Below are positions 15,922 to 27,900 of a stretch of DNA of 64,000 nt, piece by piece (the first letter of the stretch is position 1; each line of letters begins with the position of its first letter). Both the position numbers and the translations under genes were made by a program. The stretch comes from Antedon mediterranea (Eukaryota; Animalia; Echinodermata), in NCBI RefSeq assembly GCF_964355755.1, contig NC_092671.1, positions 17,484,001-17,548,000 on the forward strand. The letters are read 5' to 3'. A model generated the notes under the pieces. The model was not told where the DNA came from. It ran no database searches and saw nothing but the letters and a program-made list of their open reading frames with translations.

Positions 15922-18900
15922 ATGAGCTTGAAAAATGATGAGCAGTTCTATCAGCTCTGGTTGTTATTCAAGCAAAAGGTTAGTGGTCATAAATTGTTCT
16001 TAATAATTAGAGAGGCAATCCGGCTAAGCCTTCTAGGCCTCTAGGCTAGGCCTACTAACTAGCCTAAGCCTAGGCCTAGCCGCCCTAAAAGGCCTAGGCC
16101 CTAGCCTTTATTTTAGAGAGACTAAATAGAGACTAAATTTATATAGATAGCTAGCTTAGGTATAGCTAGGGCGGCCGTAGGGCTGTAGGCCTAGGCTATA
16201 TTAACAAACGGATCCAGTCAAGTCACCCCATCGCAAAATTGCCCCGACAAAACAAAGTCGCCCCTTTTGTTAAAACAGTTAATGTTACTGTATAGTATAT
16301 CTATCAGCCTATCCTATCCTATGCTGACTGGGTCTTGTATCAGTCTTGTAACCATGTGCCAAACGGGGATAACCTTTCTATTTCTAAAAGCAACATTTGA
16401 TTGGCTTGCGACCTTCGCCACTACCTACAGAACAGTATCTTCCCATTATAGCTCGTTCGTGAGTGACTTTGTATTAGGGCCACTTTGTATTAGGGCCACT
16501 TTGTATTAGGGCCACTTTGTATTAGGGCCACTTTGTATTAGGGCCACTTTGTATGGGGTGACTTTGCAATGGGATGACTTGACTAGCATTCATTATAAAG
16601 TGGGCAAGACCTAGCCTTTTTTTTCCATATCCCTCGACTACAGTGATGATACATGTTAGTTTAGTTCTAAGGTTATTAACTTGTAACTGTTGCATTGAAA
16701 TATGATACTTTAATAGATTTTATATAACATCTAAATAAATTCCTGTCATTTGATTGAATGATTGTGGGTCACATGCTGTGCAATAGTACGCACTATTGAA
16801 CGGTCGTTCAATAGTACTTTAAAAAATGTTTTCGCATTTGGAAAATATTTTTTTTATACTATTACTTTTGAATGTCAACAGCATTCTGATTCAAATGACT
16901 GGAATCTATTTAAAGATAGATAGATAATAGATAAACAAATAATGAATATTTTGTATTCGTGTAATGGTACAAATAATTTCATTCAGTTGATGATTAAAGG
17001 TTATATTTCACCGTGCCATTATTTTTACCATTACACTATGAAAACATTCATTATTTGTATAATAGTAAATTTCTGTAATGTCTTTCTGTAAATTTCGCAC
17101 CATGTATTTTATCAATATCAGCTGTAAAGAGAATCTTTATAATAAAATCCTTCAAAGTACTTTCTCAAGTAGCTAAAATAAGAGCATACCATGAAGATGA
17201 AATTTAAATGAATAAATAAATGATTTGTTTGCGTGTTGGGAAAAGAAATAAGCACACAGTATTTAATTTTGTTAAAAACACCCTTTCCTTTCTTCCCCCT
17301 ATTACATTTTGGCAAGAATATTTTGATATTCATTTTTATAGAAAAATAAACTACTTAACAATGGGTGTTTCTTCCATCTGTAATCTTCTCCTTTTACAAT
17401 TCTAGACACTTGACTGAGTGTTAATAAATTTGTTTAGTCCATATAAGGAAGTTCTCGGATAAAAACATAAAAATTACTATTAAAGCCGACTGTTACAGTA
17501 TGTTGCAGCAGCGACTACATAAACATGTTTAACATATTAATACATTTTATTTCATTTATTTATTCGACCAAAACACAGATACAGAACAGAAACAGAGCAC
17601 AATGGTCAGGGGCAACTAAAGCAAATACAAAAAAATATTGCACCAAGTAAAACATTTGTACAAGCTTATAAAAAAAGTATCTTAAGACTCAAAATGAGTA
17701 TAAGGGATTGATTCATAAATATACAAATTTAAAAGATAAAAAGATTAAAAATTGGAAACAGCATCTATTTCAGTGAGGTAATGTCGGACTTTCGAAAAAA
17801 AGCATGTTAAGGAGACCTCAACTGCTGAATTTCAATACTTCATCGGGAAAAACTGCCCACACACTTAATTAAGATAAGAAACCTTTTTAAATTTAATATA
17901 ATATTTCCTACAGTATAAATGATAAAAACAGTATTTTCTCTAGATTATTTACAATCAGTTAATTATTCATTTACTATTATTCATGACCTTTATGTTGTAA
18001 ATATTACTGTCATGAATTGTTATATGATTACAACTCAGATTATTAATTACAAGTTGGTTTATTCATAATGTACTTTTTATTGTATTTTGGAAATAGTTAA
18101 TGCACTCAAAATGCTTGATTAATTTATAGATAATCTTTTGTCTTGTCTTTAAAAATTCTCTATTGTTATTCATAATGTGTTTTTACTCGGGGTACCCGAC
18201 TCAAGGACTCTCTCATCTTCTCCTTTTCCATCCAACACTATTGAGTAAAAAGTGCGATTTATAAAGTACTATTCCTCCCTTATTCGTTGTAGTATTGAGC
18301 TGGGATTTGGCATGAATATACTACAGGGACATGTCCTCAAAGCTATAGATACGGATTTTAAAATTTCAAACCGGATGCAGCCATATGACGTCTCGAAGAT
18401 GGTACCGTATAGCCGTATAAACTATTTAGTAGCGAGATTATTGATGTGTATGTTACGTCACATCCCGTCTTATGACGTCATTACAGCTTCTTTTGTGGTA
18501 CTACCCCGAGTATCGCACATTCGTGCTTGTTTATTTAAACAATATTGAAATATTTTCCTTGTTAATTTTTTTTTTTATTGTTCTAATCAGTAAGTTTTGG
18601 ATTTAATATGTTAAAACAATATATAGAATAATAGATCCGGGAATTATCTATTTCATGGTGTAAACAACAATTATTCGATTCGCATAAAAAGAAACAATTA
18701 TAACTAGAATTTGTTGTAGAAAGGGATTTGGAAGATGGAAATATGAATATATGATTTACATAAACAATTCACCTAGTGAAAAACCAGCTTTACAATGTGA
18801 TAGCCTACAGTATTCTCTTCGAAGTATAATTATAATTCAGTGGTCTATTTCGTGCCTAGCTTACCTGGATAAACCGACAATAGCATTTCTCCTCGAAGAG

Positions 18901-21900
18901 TTAATTTGCATTTCACATTTATGTTGTTTGTTTTGCACATTCTAGGCTTTGTACTATAACTATCTTGAATCCCACGGAAATCAATTATAGTTTCTACATT
19001 ATTATTAATTAGGACATCCAAAGAAAGACAATAGGGAGGTTTCGCAATCTTACGAATACGATAACGAAAACGGATATGTCACGCACACGTATTCATTTTT
19101 CGTAAGCCAGTAAAAATCTGTTTCGCATGGCAACGAAATATTGAGGGCGTCGTCCAAAATATGACTGCGGTAAATTTGAGCGAAGCGCAGGTACTGTACG
19201 TGTTGCTTGGTGCTTGGCTGCCTTGGCCTAGCGTAACATCAAAGCATTTTAGTAAATTACTTTAGTAAATTACTTTCAATAAAATTAAAAGTATAATTAT
19301 ATTATAATCATGAACCATTCCTGATTGAAATGCAAAATGTGCAAAATAGATCAAAAACTATACTCGTTTTGTATTATGAATATGACTGGTGATATTCGTC
19401 AACACGAATACGCTTTACGAATATGAAATGGGGATCAGCTCAAAAGTTTTACAAATGTGTGACGTTTTCGTTATCGTATTCGTAAGATTGCGAAACCACC
19501 CTAATACTGTATGTTTTTCCACTACCGCTAGGGCACACTGGTATTGAATTGTCGTACTCAGCAGGTCACGCTGTCCCTTAGTTCAACTGTGTCTAAAATA
19601 CATTTTCATAAGAAACATGATGAAGTTCGTTATTTTCTTTTAAATTCAAATAACTTCATTATCCCAAACATCATATTTAAAATGTTATTTCATTTACATC
19701 TGTGATTCAATTTTAAAATCAGTATTATGATACTGAAAGTGATCACATCATAAAGACAGAACATGGATAATTAATCAGAATTAATAAAAAACAATCACCA
19801 ATTGTGAGTTATCTTGCACAGTTGGCATAACGGCTACTGTATGATGACCACTCAGTGACTAAACCTAGGAGCCCCCTGAGCAGTGCCCAGAAGATAAAAT
19901 AGGCATTAAAATATGTCGGAAAAGGCTAAAAATGCCCAAGGCCTCCAGTATTGGAGGGCCACTTTGTGTTTGTAAACCAGAGGCTCTCAGGCCTGCATTA
20001 TGCCACTGATCTTACATTTTGTAACTATAATTTTGTAGAGTTTCCTCTGTTTTAAAGGAGAGTAACCAATAAATATAATTATTATTATTATAACTCCATG
20101 ACTATAGTCTCAATAATACAGTTTAGTATCATTAAGAAACATCCATGGTCAAATTCTTCATTACTTTATAATTCATTTGAATATTTAATCTATCTCTATG
20201 GTGTAAACAATTTGTATTGTTATTCATAATGTATTTTTTTGTTCTTATTCACAGCAAGATGTAGAGTACTTTAAGAGTTACTTAAAACATCTACTTCAAC
20301 ACTTTGATGGTTCCATTGACCTACAGTTCAAACACATACAGGAAGGGTATGTATGCACCCTTTCTATTTATACTTTCCAGTATGATTGTATACAATGTTA
20401 TCATCTGATAATCACGTACAGGTACTGATGAAGACTTTAGTCAGGAATAGTAAATGTTAAGCTTAAACTAAGTATTATTCAATTTTGTATCTGTGCGAAG
20501 ACTCTGGAGTCAAGCCACTTCACACAGATGAGCAATAATGGTAAGAAGAAACCGCATGTTTGTCCCACATAGAATCTGTATCTATCCCGATTAGCTGTCC
20601 ACTCTGCATTTTGTGTAAATGGTCAGAATAACATAGATTCTAGATTTTTGTTTTCCTGCTTACCGATCATTTGATCTGTGTAATTTTATCTTTAAGAGAA
20701 TGATTTTCTAATAAATTCAGAAAATATTATAAAGGTTACAAAATTGATATGTGTGAGCAACAAGATTGAGAAATTGCAATTTTGATAATAATTATAATAA
20801 TCTTCATTTCAACAATCATTGCTCATAGCTGTGGACTTCCTCATCTGTCCATGACAGTGGCTGTGTGAACTAGTACACCGGGTGTACAAAAAATGTACTG
20901 ATGTTCATTAAAAGCACATACAATCATTTTGTGTACACTGGACATGTAGTTTATAGTCCTTACCCAAGAAGACTCATTCTACCACCCTGTAAATCTCTAA
21001 CCTTTTATTAAGGTTATTATAGATTATGATTTTCTGCCTTGTTAAAATGTCAAATATAATATATAATAAGATGTTAGTTGGTTATTAGGTAATATTGACT
21101 TAACATAAATGCATGAGTATGGTTTTATTTCTAACCCTCCTCAATACCATACAAGAGTGATGTGACATTTTGTATTTGTTTTTGTTAGTTTTTCATTTAT
21201 CTGTTTTTGTACATCTCAGAGAACATAATTTCTATGTATATTTTATAATGCAAATTACAATCAAATGGAAGTAATTTTCCACTGATGAATGAATGAATGA
21301 ATCCACACAGTACATAAAATTTGCTTCATCTTGTTTCTTCCTTCCCTCTTATTTATACCGCCTTGTATAATAATAATAATAATAATAATAATATTTATTC
21401 GGTCATCAATGTAAAAACAACCAGGAATGAGAATAGGCTAAAGCCCAAACAGATTCTGCACAGATATTGACTGCTTAGAGGTTAAATATAAGATTTGACA
21501 TTCCCGAGGGGATTTCAAATCTTATATTTAATCGATATAAAAGGCGATATCTGTTATATTATATAGCCAAGAACAAGTCTGCTGGGTTGGGTGAAGCTAG
21601 GCTAGGCCTCCTACCTATATAGTATTTGTATTTATGTATGTAAACAAGCCTGCCTAGACACCTTACAGTACCTTGCGAAGAATAATATACAGATAATTAC
21701 TAATTAATGATTCCTTGGCAATAAAATATTCACTTAGGCCTAGGTCGTTTAAATTAACAGAAGAATTTCCATCAATAAGCCTATTAATAATAATATTATA
21801 ATCAGGTTGGCCGAATAAACAATTCGTCTTCTTCTCTTCGAGGAGCCGAATTGCCGGATGTTCAGCGCGTACTAGTTACTAGGTTACTACCGTGAGTTTT

Positions 21901-24900
21901 GACCAATCACAAACGGTGTTTCATCACATTTAGGGAGGACTAACAACAAATGAGGGCGCTATGTATGCATAGCTTAAATAGTTTAAAAGATTAATTTCTT
22001 CAAGCAAGTTCCGTGGCGCAGCGGTTGAAGCGTTGTCTTGTGATGGAGTGACAATTCCATCCCGAGTTCAAGATCCAGTAGATGACTTTTGTTTATTTAT
22101 CGGCAAACGCGAGTGTTGCACATGAAAATTACTCAGTCAATATCATCGTTCTCGAGGATATATACGATTAACGATCCTCGCAGCGGTAGTCATGTGACGC
22201 AGTTTCAACCAATCACGTTCACGTATTTACATAGGCTATGTAATATATATATATATTTTATATTTAATGAGAGTGATCTATCCAGCAATTGCTGATCATT
22301 AGGGACCCTCAGAGGTTCACATGACAAACATATACACGAGATGCTCTACATAAAACAAAGTCTTTTACAAGTCTTTGGGAGTGAGTTGTAATTTTGTCCT
22401 GACACATGATAGGACTTCAACCCAGGACCCTAGGAGTGGTAGCCAAGCATCATAACCACCAAGCCACAACTCCACTACTATTTGAGGGTTACTATAGTCT
22501 CGCAAAAAAACAATAAAATACCAGTGCCAAACATGGTCATTTTTAAAAGTGAAACTTACAGTTACATGAATATGATAAAAAGTAAATAAATCCTTTTGTT
22601 TGTGTAGTAATCATCAATTGTGAATGTAAAGTAAATGAATGAAAGCATTTGTAGTAGGTTTGATGTTTACTTTTGATTACGTGTTTGTGTGGGGTCAATC
22701 TGATTGCAAACAAACTTGTAGCAGATTTTATGATTACAAACAAACTTGTAGCAGCTTTTACATAACTTGGTTTCTTAATGGAGGTAGCAAACTACATGCA
22801 TTTCTTGTATCTATATATAAATTTACGTAAGGGCAAAGTCTATATCGTGCCTAGCTTACCTGGATAAACCAACATAAGCCTCTCTCTCCGACGAGAGGTA
22901 AACATTACGAAAAGAAGAACATTAATAACATTAATTTTTCCCCACCCCCGTCGGATAATGGATCAGTCCGCCACCAGTACGCCCTCAAGTGAGACACACC
23001 CACTTATCATCGTCATCATTTCTTTTCGTAACGTCGTTGTGTACGTACGTCTTTTTGAACACATTCCTGGAATTCCTGAGGAATTTGCGATAAAGACCTT
23101 TATACTGTAGACTGGAAGAGAAGAATAGAGCAAGAAAACGAAGCTAAGTGTAGTAGATCGTTATCTTGTGGTGGATACGTTTAGAATCGTTACCCTTGGC
23201 TGGTTGCCAGGAGTTAAAATTTAGCGTTGTAAGCCGTTATCCAGTGTGTTTCACCTGGATAGAAATACTGGAAGATCTTTTGTTGTTCGTTAGGCTAGTG
23301 GGGAAAAGTAGGTCTGTTAGATCACCATGCCTAAGCAGGACTGTATTAAATGTAGGGGTCCCCGCTCTACCGTGAAGTGGGACCGCCACTTGGAGTGTAT
23401 AAATTGCCGCATGTGTACCGAGTTGTCGCCGTGCGATGTTTGTGTCCGCTGGACACCGTCCAAGTTCAAATCGCTCCCTAAGCCTAAAGAGCGCACGGAA
23501 GCGGCACCACCTTCGGAGGTGGGTGCCGTTGATACGGCAGGCCCCCCTGTCGTCGCGCCGGAAGTTAGCCTTCCAGATATGCCTGCACCGGCTGCGGCCT
23601 CTGCGGTTCCGGGGGTGAATGAGTTTTCTCCGGGGTTACTGCAAGCCATTGTTGCAGCTGTGAGAGCTCTGCCGAGGGATGAGCCTGAGGTACCCTCTCA
23701 GATTAGACCTCCTCCCCATATTCCATACATTGATGTTGGCCCACAGCAGACCTCGTTTTTCGATGGTTCGTCCGTCCGGCAAAGGGATTACGATAGTGAC
23801 AGGACGATGGCCTCGCTCTCTGACGATGATAGAGATAGCTTACGAGAGCAGGCCGGGCCAGGGGAGGAAGGTCTGCAGGCGCTAGTTATGCGGACGGTCC
23901 CCGCGGTGCTGTCCTTTCTCGGCGTCGATTTCACGTATCGCGAGCCTAAGCATACTCCTTCGTCTAAGCGGTTTTCCACTTTTGGCGTACGCACGCCCTT
24001 TAAGAAGGTATCTTCGTGCCCGGTTACGCCTCTCGATCCAGAACTTGTGGAACGTGTGGAGCTGATCGCAAAAGAGTCCAAGATTCGTAGGCCTATGCCT
24101 TATAGCCTGTCATCGGCTTTTCCGGTGCCGCAGAAACAATTCGAACTGTACATCGCGGCGCCAAGCGTCCCGGAGGCAGCGAAGGAACGGGTCCGTGAGG
24201 ACCAGAACCTGGACCCGTCCAGGACTAATTTTTTGAAGCCTTCGGAATCCCGGACAGAGGACGTCCTTACGTCCGTCGACAGGGCCGCACGCGAGACGCT
24301 TAGAGCCGCCTCTATGGCCGGGTACTTGCTATCCTTTCTGGCTGATCCAGAACATCCGCCCCAGGGCGATTCGGACGTGATAGCTCTACTACAGCAGATC
24401 ATGGGCCTGGTTGTTGATCAACAGGCAACGATCTCATTATCTGCGGCCGCGGCCCGTCGCGTTAACGTCTTGGGTGCAACTGACATCGCACCGACCGATT
24501 TCCGTAGGTTTACTACGTCTGACTCCTTCGGGGCGCAGGACTTGTTCTTTGGCTCCTTCTCACAGAAGGAGGATAAATGGGCTCGTGAGAGGGAAGCTCG
24601 TCGGGAGACAAGAGCGCGCTTCCCGCAAAAACGCCGAGCTAGCAATTCACGCTCAGGGACAGCCGCACGACCGCCGCCTGTCCCTGCTGCTCCTCAGCAG
24701 ATGCAGCCTCCCCCGCCGCCACCGGCTCAGCCTATGCAAAGTCAGGCTTCTACATCAAGACAGGCTTCACACCCCCCTCGCGGAATGCGAAATAGGGGTG
24801 GCAAAGGCGCCACCAACAGGAGTGGTCGCCGGTATTATAATGTGAAGCGCCGGTGACGGCCCGGGGACGCCCGTCCCTCCAAGCGAGGGCGGGCAGGTGG

Positions 24901-27900
24901 GGGGTCGCTTGAAACGGTTTTCACGGGTTTGGGAGACCCTGACCACAGACAGATGGGTTCTCTCCACCGTGACTCACGGGTATCGTATCGAATTCTCGAG
25001 CCCTCCGGTGAGCGGAGGTGCCCGGCACACGAGGATTCCGTCAGAGCCGGAAAAGAGTCAAGCGCTCATGACGGGCCTCGAAGCACTGCTCCAGAAAGGA
25101 GCTGTGGTGCATGTTCAAAAGGAACAACTTACGATCCCGGGACACGAATCCACCGTTTTCCTCGCCCAGAAAAAATCGGGCGATTGGCGACCCATCCTAA
25201 ACCTCAAAAGTCTGAACAAGCGGTACATCCGGCCCCGCAGGTTCAGGATGGAGACTGTCTCATCTATCCTGTTGGGGCTAAGACGAGGGGACTGGGCAGC
25301 CACAATAGACTTGAAAGACGCGTACTTTCACGTGCCTATTGCGCAAGAACACCAGAGTTGGCTGCGCTTCCGCATTCACGATCAGGTATACCAATTCGTA
25401 GCTCTGCCGTTCGGCCTCTCAACGGCCCCACGAGTGTCTACTCGTCTAGTGAGAACCCTGGCGGCGTTCTTTCATCAACACGGCATCAGAGTGTTCATGT
25501 ACTTAGACGATTGGTTGATCGTGGCCCAGTCCAGGGACCAGCTGCTGAGCAGCTTATCTTTTGTCCGCCTCGTGACGGAACAAGCAGGGTTCATAATAAA
25601 CGAGGAGAAGTCATGTCTTCTCCCTTCTCAGAACCCTCTGTATCTCGGAGCCCAAATAAATTTGGTTACGGGCCGTGCGTGCCCATCCATCGAGCGTGTG
25701 GCCAAGGCAAGAACTGCAGTGCTACATCTTATCAATGCTCAGGCTCCGACGGCGTACGACTGGCTACGCACCTTGGGGTCACTGGCCAGCTTCGTCGCCC
25801 TCGTTCCGTTCTGCCGGTTAAGGATGCGGCCTCTACATCTGCACCTTCTGGCAGCGTACCGCCCAAGATCAGACTCTCTACACAAGGTGGTTCCAACGAA
25901 TGCGTTCATTATCTCGCATCTCGAATGGTGGCTCGTGGAAGACAGGTTACTTGTGGGCACACCTATACAAAGGTCAATTCCGGATGTCCGTGTGGAAACG
26001 GACGCATCCGAAGTAGGCTGGGGCGGTCACATACCGTCTCCGGACATTCGCGTCTCCGGCCTCTGGTCGCCCGAGGAGACGCGCGCCCACATCAACCTGC
26101 TCGAACTTTGGGCAGTCGAGCGCTCATTGGAGGCTCTTCTTCCCCATCTGGCAAATCGCCATGTTCTCGTCAATTCCGACAACACAACCGTCGTGGCATA
26201 CATAAACAGGCAAGGGGGTACACGGTCCCCCACGCTATGTTGCCACACGTGGACGTTGCTAATGTGGTGTATAAGACACAACATCCAACTGTCAGCGGCC
26301 CACATTGCGGGTCGTCTGAACATAGTGGCGGACGCACTGTCCCGTCCACTTCTACGTCCTACGGAATGGCGTCTTCTTCCAATAATCGCCACCCAGATCT
26401 TCAACCACTTTGGGCGGCCCCATGTAGATCTGTTTGCGACGTCAGGCAACACGCAGCTCCCGACGTTCTGCAGTCGATATCGGGATGCACATGCGTGGGC
26501 GGTGGATGCCCTGTCCATACCATGGGACAACCTTTGGGCATATGCCTTTCCACCGATTTCAATACTGCCACTGGTCCTGACGCACATTCAGCGCCATCAA
26601 TGCCGAGTCCTACTAATAGCGCCGTATTGGCCCAGGCAGCCGTGGTTTCCACTGCTTCTGGGCCTTCTGTACGATCAGCCGTTACGTCTTCCGATTCGGA
26701 ACGACTTGCTGACGCAGGGCCGAGCTCGGTTTGCTCTACCGAACCTCATATCCCTCGACCTGACTGTATGGCCATTGTCAGGGATCGTTTCAGAGACTCA
26801 GGCATTCCAGATGGTCCGGCCGCCCTCGCGGCGAAATCCCGACGGGAATCCACTCTTGCTGTCTACAATAGCCGATTAAAACACTTTTTCGAATGGTGCA
26901 AGCGCCAGAAGACCGACCCTATGAAAGTGACTTTGGGCCAGGTCTGCGCTTTCCTACATTACCTGTTTGAGTCAGGTCTGCAGGTTCGCACCGTATCCGG
27001 CTATCGGTCTGCCTTGGCTGCAGTAATTCCGAATTTTAAAGACGGCTCGACCATCTCTTCATCCCCTGCAATTTCCAGTTTGCTTCGCGGGATGTTTCGA
27101 GAACGGCCTCCTACTAAGGCCCTGATTCCACGTTGGGACGTCAATGTCGTCCTAGCCGCTCTTATGCGTCCACCCTTCGAGCCCCTGAGTAGGGCATCAC
27201 TTTACAACCTGACTCTCAAAACTGCCTTTTTGATTGCACTAGCCTCGTGCAAGCGCAGAGGTGAACTGCATGCTCTTTCTCTGGAGCCAGGGCACATCAG
27301 GTTTGAACGGGGTGGCGCGCGGTTGGTTTTTAGGAAAGATTTCCTTGCAAAATCTCAGACATTGAACTTCTCGCCGCCGACTGTGTTTATTCCCACCATT
27401 GCTGCATATTCAGGGGTTGAGGAAGACAGACTTTGGTGCCCGGTGCGGGCACTAAAGTTTTACATCAAACGCACAGAGTCCATTCGGGTCTCAGCGTCAC
27501 ATCTGTTCATATCGACAGTTGCACCCTTCCGACCGGCTGCTCGGTCGACGCTGGCAAACTGGGTCGTGGCAGCCATCCGGGCTGGTTACGACTCCACAAA
27601 TACGCCTCCTCCGGCACATATGCACCAAGTGCGTGGCATAGCCGCTTCATGGGCGCTGTTTGCTGGGGTGCCCCTTCCAGACATCCTGCAAGCGGCATGG
27701 TGGCGATCACAGTCCACCTTCACTTCCCACTACCTGTCGGATACCTCCGCAAACCAGTCTACGGTGGTGGCTTCAATCTTGAAGCCCAGACACTAGGTAT
27801 GTATGACAATGTTTACCTTGCCTCCCGCCTCCGACTAGACTCTAGTCCGGTGCTACACTGGCTTATGTTGGTTTATCCAGGTAAGCTAGGCACGATATAG

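Noticed and set aside
16466-16554. 16-bp repeat as a CRISPR array or telomeric tract (each unit contains TTAGGG)
   Set aside because: There are no spacers, the unit is 16 bp rather than (TTAGGG)n, and it lies inside a MITE.
23317-27710. Antisense and short alternative-frame ORFs within the DIRS element (e.g. 26027-26587, 23317-23649)
   Set aside because: Expected shadows of GC-rich, dual-coding sequence, with no recognisable motifs.
23000-27900. GC-rich island with RT, methyltransferase and integrase as bacterial contamination, prophage or retron
   Set aside because: The ITR/ICR layout and ORF order are those of a eukaryotic DIRS1 element, and both junctions fall cleanly inside a host Helitron.
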